A stretch of 64,000 nucleotides of DNA from Hemiscyllium ocellatum (taxonomy: Eukaryota): assembly GCF_020745735.1 (NCBI RefSeq), contig NC_083438.1:32424443-32488442 (forward strand), written 5' to 3'. Positions 25,116 to 36,249 of this stretch are shown piece by piece. A program made the translations under genes and the position numbers. The notes under the pieces were generated by a model. It searched no databases and was not told where the DNA came from. It was given only the letters and a program-made list of their open reading frames with translations. Position 1 is the stretch's first letter, and the number at the start of each line of letters is the position of its first letter.

Positions 25116-28100
25116 TTGCATTCTTCATAGAGAGAAATCTGAGGTACATGTACAGTTAGTGAACCCACTCAGATCTATTACTTTCTTTACACACAGAACA
25201 AATCAAGTCTTTGATTTTCACATTCTCTATATTTACAGTCAACCTCTTGGCATTTAGCTGAGGTGTCAGCGAGGTCCAGTTACTGCCTGAACCCCTGTTA
25301 TTCTCCAGCAGAACGACCTTACACGGTGGTCTTTCCCCGCTGCACCTTGGCAGCAGCTGCCCCAAGCTGTAGGAAAGACAACGTGGAGACACACCACACG
25401 GAAGATTTAACACAACGCACGCAATTTTAACACCCATTTTAAAGTTTATGAGCTTAGCAATGGCCATTCACCAATGGTCCAGTCACTGGGGGGACTGTCT
25501 GCACCCCCTTGTGGGTGAGCTGTTGGACCCCCGCAGGGCTGAGGTAGCCGTCCCCTTCCTCACTGCGGCCATTTTCCCGCTCTGGTGAGAACAAGGTCAG
25601 CAGAGTCCAGTTCTGAGTCTGACAGAGGGACTGTCGGAGGATCGCGGCTCCCAGTTACCTGGAGCTGTGGGCCAGTGGGTACTCCCTGGTTCTCACCGAG
25701 TGGGGCTGGGCTTTACCAATCCCCTCGGGAGGGTGGGGCCCATTGATTCCGGGTTGGGGAACTCTTCTCCTTTCCCCCGTGGTGCTCCGCCTCTTTTTCT
25801 GATGATGACCATCCTTCCTTCCCCACCCCCCCACCCCTAATCTTCACCAGAAGAGCTGCTGGTGTCATCCTCATGTAGCTGTCTGTTTCCCCGTTACTGT
25901 GAGGCTGTGGGGTGTGGTGGGATTTCCTTTTCCTGTTGTGTTTCACCGGTATCCACTCCCCCACCTCCTTGGTCTCCTCCTCCTCCACCGTCTCCCTCTG
26001 TCCAGCTGGAGGTGGGGTCGGTTGCTGTGCCTCCATGCTGGCTGCTGTCTGTTCCACTCCAGCCTGTCCTTTCTGGGAGCCTCTTGTCTCGGTTCCCTTC
26101 CTGGATGGGGGTGTGGCACCCCCACCCCCATCCTATAATGGGCCGACCTTGTACATGTGACCGTCACCTTACAGTCCGCTGCCATAAGTCCCACCCTCCT
26201 GCAGGTTCAGCACACTCTAAGCTGCCCTGTATATGTCAGGTCACCTCTGCTCCTTCCAATCGCGAAACTGGAGGGCGGGTGGAGAATGTTCCCACTGGCA
26301 TCCACCCTCAGGCTCACATTCACCAGCCGCCTACTGGTCCAGGTTCCGAAGGCATCCACAACATCAGTGCTGTCTCCTTCAAGCTACATGTACCTTCCCA
26401 GGAAGGTGACAACATCTACTGCTGGGCCATGGGGGTTGTACATATGGATTGGAACAGCCCAGCTCCTCTGTGCAGGGAGAACACACAATGACACCACTGA
26501 CAGGATGGAGAACAGAGCCACACCTTCTTTCTCCTCAAATACCTTCAGAAGATGCTCACATTGCTTCACACTCCTAAAGGTCACATTGAAACATCCACCA
26601 CTGGGGAAATCCTGCCGTCAGAGGATTGTTTTTTAAATTTCAAAAATATACTTTTATTCATAAAATATTTTGATGATCTGTATAATTGGTGGTGCCAGTC
26701 ACAGGCACACCTTGCATTTCTTTACATACAGAGATCAGAATTAATCATTCCTATATACAGACCCTATATACCACCCATATATTTAGCTGAGGCTCCAGCG
26801 GAGCCCACTTACTGCGTGGCCACCCTGTTCTTCTTAGGCAGGCAGACATTACACGATGGTCTTTCCCCACCGTGCCTTGGCGGCAGCTGACCCAAACTTC
26901 CCTCAACGTGTTGTCCTGGACCTTGGAATGTGCCAGTCCGCAACACTCAGTTGGGGTCATCGCCTTCAGCTGGAAGATCAACAGATTTCGGACAGACCAA
27001 AGGGCATCTTTCATAGAGGAGATGATCCCCCAGGCGCAGTTGATGTTTGTCTCGGTGTGCGTCCTGGGAAGCAGACCGTAGAGCACGGAGTCCTGCGTCA
27101 CGGAAGATGGCCCAGGTGACTGCGACGGCACAGGTTCTGGGAATAGGCCAGACCTGTGCCACATATAACAGCGCCTCACACCTGATGAGCAGGTTTCTAC
27201 CCAAGACAGAGAGTCACCGTAGCTTCTATCTGCCCAGTTTCTGCCTCACTTTCTTGAAACGCTCCCCCCAAGACCTGGCACACCTTCCAACCTGCAGACC
27301 CCCACTGCCAGGAATAGTCACCCCTCTCAGGCTCGCATCCTTCCTGATGGATTCGGCAAATGGCTCTAGGCAGCACACACACAAGGCAGGAGAGAGAGGG
27401 CAGCCCTGTCTGACTCCAGATCTGACTGGGAAGCTATCTGATTCCTACCCATTGATTGAGACTGCACTGACAATGTTGGTGTAGAGCAGTCAGATCCAAT
27501 TACAGATTCCCTCCCCAAAGCCCATTTTGGAGAGAACATTTCTCATATACGTATGACTACCTGGACCTCATAGTAATCCAGTAAAATCCTCTTCATGGAA
27601 AAGATCCAATTAACCGGGGTATGTTGTTCCACCGTCTTCACAGTCACCCTGACTGTGTTCCGGACTCCATGACCTGGGCTGTGGGTAGCTGCTGAGGCCA
27701 TTGCTCTGGGTTGGCTTTTCCCTGAATTGGTGCTAGGCCGAAGCCGGCATGAAGATGTTATATGTGGCACAGGTCTAGTCTATTCCCAGAACCTGTGCGT
27801 CACAGTCACCCAGGCCATCTTCCATTTTGTATGGCGATCAAGGATGGACCGGGTCCGAAGGGCGCACAGCGAGACAAATATCAACTGTGCCTGGAGGATC
27901 ATCAACTCGGTGAAGGACACTCTCTGGGCTGCCCAAAACCTGTTGATCTTCCAGCTGAAGGAGCTGGCCCCGACTGAGTGTTGCAGATTGGCACATTCCT
28001 GGGTCCAGGAATACGTGTTGAGGGATGCGCTGACGTTTGGGGCAGTTGCCGCCAAGGTGCAGTGGGGAAAGACCACCGTGTAACATCTGCCTGCCTAAGA

Positions 28101-29492
28101 ACAGGGGGCCCACTCAGTAAGTGGGCTCCGCTGAGGCCTCAGCTAAATATATGGATGGTAAACATAAAGGGAGTTAAATGTGGACAAGTGTGAGGTGATA
28201 CACTTCAGACGGAGTAATCGGAATGCAAAGTACTGGGCTAAATGGTAAGATTATTGGGAGTGCAGATGAGGAGAGAGATCTCATAGTCCATGTACACAGA
28301 TCCCTGAAAGTTGCCACCCAGATTGACAGGGTTGTTGAGAAGGCATACAGTGTTTTGGACTTTATTAATAGAGGGATTGAGTTCCGGAACCAGGAGGTTA
28401 TGCTGCAGCTGTACAAAGCTCTTGTACGGCCGCATTTGGATATTGTTTACAGTTCTGGTCAGCACATTGAGAAGGATGTGGAAGCTTTGGAAAGGGTGCA
28501 GAGGAGATTTTCTAGGATGTTGCCTGGTGTGGAAGCAATGTCTTACAGGAAAGGCTAAGGGCCTTGAGGCTGTTCTCGTTAGAGAGAAGAAGGTTGAGAG
28601 GTGACTTAATAGAGACATACAAGATTATCAGAGGGTTAGATAGGGAGAGCCTTTTTCCAAGTATGGGGATGGCAAACACAAGGGGAAACAACTTTAAAGT
28701 GAGGGGAGATCGGTATAGATTAGATTGCTTACAGTGTGGAAACAGGCCCTTTGGCCCAACAAGTCCACACCGACCCACCGAAGCGTACCCACCCAATTCA
28801 CCTAACCTGCACATTTTTGGATTGTGGGAGGAAACTGGAGCAAACCCGCACAGACACGGGGAGAATGTGCAAACTCCACACTGTCAGTCGCCGGATGCGG
28901 GAATTGAACCCGGGTCTCTGGAGCTGTGAAGCAGCAGTGCTAACCACTGTGCCAACATGCCACCCATAGTATAAGACAGATGTCAGAGGTAGTTTCTTTA
29001 CTCAGAGAGTAGTAAGGGTATGGAATGCTTTGCCTGCAACAGTAGTAGATTCGCCAAGTTTAAGTGTGTTTAAGTTGTCATTGGACAGTCATAAGGACGT
29101 ACATGGAATAGTGCAGGTGGGATGGGCTTCAGATTAGTATGACAGGGTGGCACAACATCGAGGGCCGAAGGGCCTGTACTGCGCTGTAATGTTCTATGTT
29201 CTATATATGAATGATTACTCAATTGCTGTTTGCAAAGAAACGGAATGCTTATGTATGTATGGCATGACCAATTGTACTGATCAAAATATTTTTATGAATA
29301 ACATATTTTTCAAATAAAAAAAAAGCCAGCATGAAGATCCACCAAGAGCTGCTCAGCTCAACCAATGATCCTCCAACACCCAATCACCATCCAGCAATGA
29401 TCCCAATAGCTCTGATGACTCACAACTCAGCTCCCACTCTGATCAGAACAGATCCTAGACTTGATCTTAGCCAAAAGGACAAAAAATGATTA
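25116..29492 (-). mobile_element. U2-headed Tx1-like element, gene B copy, with nested Tx1, CR1 and HE1 insertions
   Basis: TSD AGTGCCTTCCTTTCA at 25101-25115 and 29493-29507; ORF1 N-terminus (MASAATHSPGHGVRNTVRV) at about 27560-27705, remainder at 25430-26630; CR1 and HE1 at 28170-29210. Confidence 0.78.
29439..29490 (-). pseudogene. RNU2: U2 snRNA 5' fragment (nt 1-52)
   Basis: ATCATTTTTTGTCCTTTTGGCTAAGATCAAGTCTAGGATCTGTTCTGATCAG is ungapped against U2 nt 1-52, including a 20-nt exact core CCTTTTGGCTAAGATCAAGT. Confidence 0.85.
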
Positions 29493-29671
29493 AGTGCCTT
29501 CCTTTCAGCTCTCTCTCATGATCACGGTGTGTAATGTGAACCTATTGTGTCCCACTCCCTCAGTGGGTCCACTTGTAGCCCACACAGCACCTTAAAGCAA
29601 GAGGAATTCCTGATTCCCCCCACCCCCAGCCTTTGATCCTGCTGAAATGTTCCAGCACTCACAGCACTGAC

Positions 29672-29744
29672 CTGAAACAGCAGCAACAACATTTAGCAGC
29701 AGCAGCAGCAGCAGCGGGGCGAGTAGTTTCTGTGAGCTGTGTCC
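29672..29744 (-). CDS. Gene B leader exon (GHSSQKLLAPLLLLLLLNVVAAVS-G)
   Basis: Same splice signals and 73-nt length as in gene A. Confidence 0.85.
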
Positions 29745-30233
29745 CTGCAACAAGAAAACACAGTGAGTCCCTTTCCAACAGATTCCCTTCCTGATCAGGT
29801 TGATGATCCCGCTCCGCCCTGTCCCCGGGTGATGCCTGACAGATACAGCCCATGAGAAGGGCTGGGACATGGGGACTCGGAGTGAGAGGGAGGGCGGGGA
29901 CAGACAACGCCGTCAGTAAAATGACTGTTTTCTTGCTGTTTGCCAAATTAATCTTTAGAGATCGTTCTGCATCACTTTACAACCGCCGCAGTCTCGGTCT
30001 AACCCTCTTTTCAATGTTTCAATTCAACCTCCCCCTCCCTCAGTTCACTCACAGATCACTTTATAAACTTCTGAGAAGTTCCAGCCCTTTCTGTCTGTCT
30101 CTGAGATTGTCAGCATTTCCTTTTAATAAAGAGGTGAGTGCTGGGGGGGTGATGAGGGAGAGAGAGTTTCCCCCCAGATCCCCCTCCCTCCCTCCCTCCG
30201 TGTCCCCGGGTGGGAGACACTGACAGTAAGTAC

Positions 30234-30317
30234 CTGCAGCTCCTTTCCCGGGACTGGGACTGCGATCAGGATCAGAGGCAGACACTGACAGGAGACCGAG
30301 AAGCTGCTGAGAAACAT
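30234..30317 (-). CDS. Gene B candidate first coding exon
   Basis: ATG plus 28 codons, CAG|gtactt donor, phase 0; paralog of 8019-8102. Confidence 0.35.
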
Positions 30318-30441
30318 TTGGTAAAACTCCGTGTTGGGGGAGAGCAGGTTGTGTCTCAGTCTGATACAGGAAACAGTGAGGTCTGCAGATGCTGGAGTCA
30401 GAGCTGAAAAGGTGTTGCTGGAAAAGCGCAGCAGGTCAGGG

Positions 30442-30644
30442 GATAGGGGAGGGGAGGGAAATACATCCCTGGGTGGTGGGGTCCGTTTGGAGGTGGCGGA
30501 AATGAGGGTGGATGATACTCTGTATAGGGATACCAACCACCAACACCAACCTCCCTATACAGCGTACCATCCGCCCTCATTTCCGCCACCTCCAAACGGA
30601 CCCCACCACCCAGGGATATATTCCCCTCCCCTCCCCTCCCCTAT
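30442..30644. mobile_element. Penelope ORF fragment folded as an inverted repeat (about 90-bp arms, about 23-nt loop)
   Basis: 30442-30529 is the reverse complement of 30553-30644; both match the Penelope piece at 31445-31550. Confidence 0.75.
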
Positions 30645-31439
30645 CAGCGTTCCGCAAAGACCACTCCCCCAAGTCCCTCCTCCCTACCTTGTTTCTTTGC
30701 CTGATTTTCTCAGAAACAGCCCGGAGTCATTTCTCTCATTCCTGACAACAAGTAACAAACTTGCAGACTGACCCACATTGTGGGGAGACAGGGGTGCACC
30801 AGTTCATGCCCCTTTTTCCTCTCTGCTCTCCCGGTTCTGGACCCACAGTTTTCCGGCAGTCCCCACTCGGATCACTGTCTCACTGCAATCCCTTCAGGGG
30901 AAAAGCAGCTTGGACCCGGCTTTTCCCGACAGAGGCTGCACCCGGATCGCTCACTCCTTCCCTCCCCCCCCTCGCTATGAGAATGGGAGAGCCCAGAGCC
31001 CGCCTCCTCCCTCTGATACAGTGTGTGGGGGGGGGGGGGGTAGTGTCCAATTGCTCCGCTTTACATTTGGTCTAACTCCGTGTTGGAGGGAGAGCAGGGT
31101 GTGTCTCAGTCAGATACAGCCCGGAGCTGACCCTGCAGAGACCGCGCAGCGCCTCCTGATCACCCCCAAAACTCCCATTACTCACTGTCTGACCAAGACG
31201 GGGGGTGGGGGTCATTCCCTTTCCCTTCCCTCTCTCTCCACTCCGGATCTGGACACACAGTTTCCCGGGAATCCTCACTCGGATCATTACTTTACTCCAT
31301 TCCCTTTGACCCAGGTTTTCCAGGTTCTGGATCAGTGTTGCTGGAAGAGCACAGCAGGTCAGGCAGGGTCCAAGGAGCAGCCAATCCCTTCATCAGGAAG
31401 GAAACAGGCCCCGCCCAGACACGTGACATGTGACACGTG

Positions 31440-32340
31440 ACTGGGAACCTCCCTATACAGCATATCATCCGCCGTCATTTCCGCCACCTCCAAACGGACC
31501 CCACCACCAAGGACATATTTCCCTCCCCTCCCCTATCAGCGTTCTGAAAAGACCACTCCCTCCGTGACTCCCTCGTCAGGTCCACACCCCCCACCAACCC
31601 AACCTCCACTCCCGGCACCTTCCCCTGCAACCGCAGGAAATGCAAAACTTGCGCCCACACCTCCTCCCTCACTTCCCTCCAAGGCCCCAAGGGATCCTTC
31701 CATATCCGCCACATGCATCCGCTGCACCTGATGTGGCCTCCTCTATATTGGGGAGACAGGCCGCTTACTTGCGGAACGTTTCAGAGAACACCTCCAGGCC
31801 GCCCGGACCAACCGACCCAACCACCCCGTGGCTCAACACTTTAACTCTCCCTCCCACTCCACCAAGGACATGCAGGTCCTTGGACTCCTCCACCGGCAGA
31901 ACATAACAACGGAACGGTTGGAGGAAGAGCGCCTCATCTTCCGCCTGGGAACCCTCCAACCACAAGGGATGAACTCAGATTTCTCCAGTTTCCTCATTTC
32001 CCCTCCCCCCAACTTGTCTCAGTCGATTCCCTCCAACTCAGCACCGCCCTCCTAACCTGCAATCTTCTTCCTGACCTCTCCGCCCCCACCCCCACTTCGG
32101 CCTATCACCCTCACCTTGACCTCCTTCCACCTATCCCACCTCCATCGCACCCTCCCCCAAGTCCCTCCTCCCTACCTTTTATCTTAGCCTGCTTGGCAAA
32201 CTCTCCTCATTCCTGATGAAGGGCTCTGGCCCGAAACGTCGAATTTCCTGTTCCTTGGATGCTGCCTGTCCTGCTGCGCTTTTCCAGCAACACCTTTTCA
32301 GCTCTGATCTCCAGCATCTGCAGACCTCACTATTTCCTGT
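31440..32340 (+). mobile_element. Penelope-like element 3' part (GIY-YIG endonuclease plus terminal repeat)
   Basis: Translates PGTFPCNRRKCKTCAH..CGLLYIGETGRLLAERFREHL; terminal region carries a hammerhead core. Confidence 0.85.
32209..32244 (+). ncRNA. Minimal type I hammerhead ribozyme (Penelope-type)
   Basis: AUUC-CUGAUGA-A-GGGC(UCUG)GCCC-GAAA-C-GUC-GAAU: 4-bp helix I, 4-bp helix II, loopless ACGU helix III; predicted cleavage after C32240. Confidence 0.7.
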
Positions 32341-32389
32341 TTCTGACTGAGACACAACCTGCTCTCCCTCCAACACCGAGTTTTACCAA

Positions 32390-32473
32390 ATGTTTCTCAG
32401 CAGCCTCTCGGTCTCCTGTCAGTGTCTGCCTCTGATCCTGATCGCAGTCCCGGTCCCGGGAAAGGAGCTGCAG
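32390..32473 (+). CDS. Gene C candidate first coding exon (MFLSSLSVSCQCLPLILIAVPVPGKELQ)
   Basis: ATG plus 28 codons, CAG|gtactt donor, phase 0. Confidence 0.35.
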
Positions 32474-32633
32474 GTACTTACTGTCAGTGTCTCCCACCCG
32501 GGGACACGGAGGGAGGGAGGGAGGGAGGGGGATCTGGGGGGAAACTCTCTCTCCCTCATCACCCCCCCAGCACTCACCTCTTTATTAAAAGGAAATGCTG
32601 ACAATCTCAGAGACAGACAGAAAGGGCTGGAAC

Positions 32634-32651
32634 TTCTCAGAAGTTTATAAA
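32634..32651. promoter_or_regulatory. GAS-like site next to a palindromic TATA-like box (also 7846-7863 and 30060-30077)
   Basis: TTCTCAGAA-G-TTTATAAA conserved in all three 5' regions. Confidence 0.35.
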
Positions 32652-32966
32652 GTGATCTGTGAGTGAACTGAGGGAGGGGGAGGTTGAATTGAAACATTGA
32701 AAAGAGGGTTAGACCGAGACTGCGGCGGTTGTAAAGTGATGCAGAACGATCTCTAAAGATTAATTTGGCAAACAGCAAGAAAACAGTTATTTTACTGACG
32801 GCGTTGTCTGTCCCCGCCCTCCCTCTCACTCCGAGTCCCCATGTCCCAGCCCTTCTCATGGGCTGTATCTGTCAGGCATCACCCGGGGACAGGGCGGAGC
32901 GGGATCATCAACCTGATCAGGAAGGGAATCTGTTGGAAAGGGACTCACTGTGTTTTCTTGTTGCAG

Positions 32967-33039
32967 GGACACAGCTCACAGAAACTACTCCCCCCGCTGC
33001 TGCTGCTGCTGCTGCTAAATGTTGTTGCTGCTGTTTCAG
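32967..33039 (+). CDS. Gene C leader exon (GHSSQKLLPPLLLLLLLNVVAAVS-G)
   Basis: ttcttgttgcag| acceptor and TCAG|gtcagt donor; 73 nt. Confidence 0.85.
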
Positions 33040-33609
33040 GTCAGTGCTGTGAGTGCTGGAACATTTCAGCAGGATCAAAGGCTGGGGGTGGGGGGAATCA
33101 GGAATTCCTCTTGCTTTAAGGTGCTGTGTGGGCTGCAAGTGGACCCACTGAGGGAGTGGGACACAGTAGGTTCACAATTAAACACCATTAATATAACTGT
33201 TAGAAAAAAAAGCTCTGGGATATACATATGAAAAAACTGAAACCAACATGATCATTCTAAAAGGTGAGACACTTAACAAACAATCCAGGTCTTTTTCAAT
33301 GTATAATTTCAGCTGCATCATACTGTAAACATTTGCTACAAATTCCGTGTCTTATGATCTGATGCTCCACAACCACATGATGAAGGAGCAGCACTCTGAA
33401 AGCTAGTACTGCCTGTTTGACTATAACCTGGCATTGTCTGAGTTTTAACTTTGTACACCCCAGTCCAACACCAGCACCACTAAATCACAATTAGACACCA
33501 TGATTGTGTGGGAGAGAGCTGTAAGGGAGGCATTTAATGTCTTCAGATTAACCCCCGGGATGTGAATAGTGGCATCTGAACCCTGAGCAACACTCAGTGA
33601 CACTGATAA

Positions 33610-33895
33610 GATTACTTACAGTGTGGAAACAAGTCCTCATCAATCCTCTGAAGAGCAACTCACCCAGACCCATACCCCTAAATTTACCCCTTTACCTAAC
33701 ACTACTGGCCATTTAGCATGGCCAATTCACTAACCTGCACATTTTTGTGTTTGTGGAAGGAAACTGGAGCATCCGGAGGAAACCCACTGGGAGAATGTGC
33801 GAACTCCACACAGACGGTGGCCTGAGGCGGGAAATGAACCCGGGTCTCTGGCACTGTGAGGCAGCAGTGCTAACCACTGTGCCACCGTGCTGCCC
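33610..33895 (-). mobile_element. HE1-like tRNA-derived SINE
   Basis: Head GGCAGCACGGTGGCACAGTGGTTAGCACTGCTGCCTCACAGTGCCAGAGACCCGGGTTC with A/B boxes; CR1-like tail. Confidence 0.85.
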
Positions 33896-36249
33896 GACAG
33901 GATGGGGGACTATAATTCATGGGACTGGGATGGGTCCTGAGCACTGGGATCAGTTCTGGAATTGAATAGAACTGGGAATTGTCCAGGAGTAGAGGGATTA
34001 GGGTATCAAGATTGGGATGTAGAGTGTTTTTGATCATGTAATGGTTGTTCAGACTTGCTGGATGCAACCAAGCTCACTCACTAACAATAGAAGCTTAACT
34101 TTCCTAGCCACACTAATGAACGATGAATCAACACAGGTTTCACATTCTGAATTATAAGAGTAAGTTTAATTTGTACAGAGAATCTCAGTATTGCACAGCC
34201 CATGCTAAACATTCTTATCTGATAAGTAATGAGATATACCACCTCCTCCTCTCACCCCCCGGCCCAAAAGTGGACCCACCTAGGGAGTGGACACAGTAGG
34301 TTCACATTTTACCACGTGATTATGAGAGAGAGCTGAAAGGAAGGCACTTGATGTCTTTAGATTAACCCCTAGGATGGGAATATTGGCATCTGGACACTGA
34401 GCAACACTCTACTGGGATTGGTAACTGGGATCCAGTGGAAGTTTGATGGGTTCCTGAGTATTGGGGTCTGATTTCTTGCCAAAGCTGAAATCAAGTAGAA
34501 CTGGGAATTGTCACTGTGTAAGGGGAGTGAGGTTATCAGGACTCATTATTGGGCTTTGGGTCCTGGGATAAGGCTGGACCAAGCTGTACTGGATCGGGGG
34601 AGGTTAGTGGTGGAGGGAGTTGAGGATCCATATTGCCTTGGCCCCTTTCACACCATCAGCTGCTGCCTCATCCCTGTGCTGTTCTTGCCTGTCACTGTCC
34701 CCCTCAACCTGTCCGAAAGCCATTTCCACATTCTCAGGAACCCCCTTTCACACACATCGCTCTCCTTTTTTACCCTCAGGTCAGTGTTCTCCGTCCCAAC
34801 CCCAAGTCAGTGATTTTTCTTGAAAGATTGTGTCTGGTTCGGAGGGTGTGTGCTATGAGAAAAAAATTGATCAGACTGGAATTACATACCAATAAGGGAA
34901 GGCCATTTGACTGTGCCTGACCTGAATTTAACTTCAACTCCACCTTCCTGCACATCCTGAAAAACTTTCATCCTCTTGGTCATCAAGAATCTATCTGCCT
35001 CTGCCTTAAAGACTCTTAAATGTCATTCCAGATTTTAATATTGGACAAAATTTCGTCATCTGCCATAGTTGGATTTGAACCTACAACCCCAGAATGCTAA
35101 CCTGTGTTTATGGATTGCTGATTCAATGACATTACTCCAATGCCACCATCTTCATGTCAGACCCTTGGTCCTAGTTTTACCCACAAGAGTGCGAAGTAAG
35201 ATGGTGGTGGAGTAGACCTGATGCCCACTCTGCCTCCTTTCTTTCTCCTCCCTTCTCCTGGCCTTGGACACCTGGCCCAGGCATCCGAAGCTGGGATGCC
35301 AGTGACCAGCAGGCCAGTGTAGTGCGTGGCAGTAGCCAGTGGAGACCACATGGAGGTCCCCTGTGCCATTCTGTTGTGGAGAGTCTTTGGACAGAGACTA
35401 TTCTGTTTGTCTTTTTCACTTTGCGTCTTGCGTTTCTGACCTGTGGCCACACTGCTTACAGATGTAATGTAAAGTTTTGTCTTAATTTTTCTATTCTGTA
35501 AGTAAAGATTGTACCGAGTACTCTGTATCTAAGATGCCATTGTATATTCCTTGTATTTTCCACTCAAATCACTTTCTGACCTATCTTTGCATCGTCAGCT
35601 AATTTAGGTTCTAAACTTTGGATTCTTTCATAGAAATTATAAAGAGTTGAGGCCCCAACACTGAATCCTGTGGCACAGTCCTCATAACATCCTGCCAACC
35701 TGCGAAATGACCCATTTATTCCTACTTTTTGCTTCCTGCTCATAAGCCAATTTTCAATCCATGGTAATATGTTACCCCCTGCAACACCAGCTTTTAGTTT
35801 CCATTGTGTTCCTTGGAGAAGTGAATGTTGAGAAGGGACTTGATGGGGGTGGATAAGATTGAGGGACATACATCATGTGGTCAGGAAGGTACTTCCTCCA
35901 TGAATAGAGCAGTCAATCAGTAGGGGCTGCAGATTTAAGGTATGAGGCAGAAGGTGAAGAGGAGAGTGAGAGAATTTCTTTCACACAGAGGCTGGTGAGA
36001 GTCTGGAACTTTATGACTGAGAGTGTGACTGAGTCAGAAACTCCTGTTGTATTTAAGCTGTGTTCAGATATTCAGTTGTGTTGCCATAGTGTCCTGGACA
36101 ATAGGCAGAGAGCTGGAACTGGAGTAGTTATCGTCAGATCATTGTTAAGTATTGTAAACACGATGGGCCAAATGGCCTCCTGTGCTGTAAGTGTCTGAGT
36201 CCAGTATCCAGCTGTATCTTCCCAGTGTGTGCCCAAATGGGAAACATAG

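Larger units (their letters stand above)
29535..30440. repeat. Left arm of the head-to-head inverted duplication (right arm about 32268-33175)
   Basis: Near-identical reverse-complement arms carrying the leader exon, candidate exon 1 and the same Penelope tail junction. Confidence 0.9.

Noticed and set aside
29439-29490. Functional U2 snRNA gene
   Set aside because: Only the first 52 nt are present, with several substitutions; no Sm site or 3' stem-loops; fused to a retroelement.
33375-33400. Additional active hammerheads (33.38k, 31.38k, 2.86k, 23.84k)
   Set aside because: Each has core substitutions or lacks the GAAAC segment.
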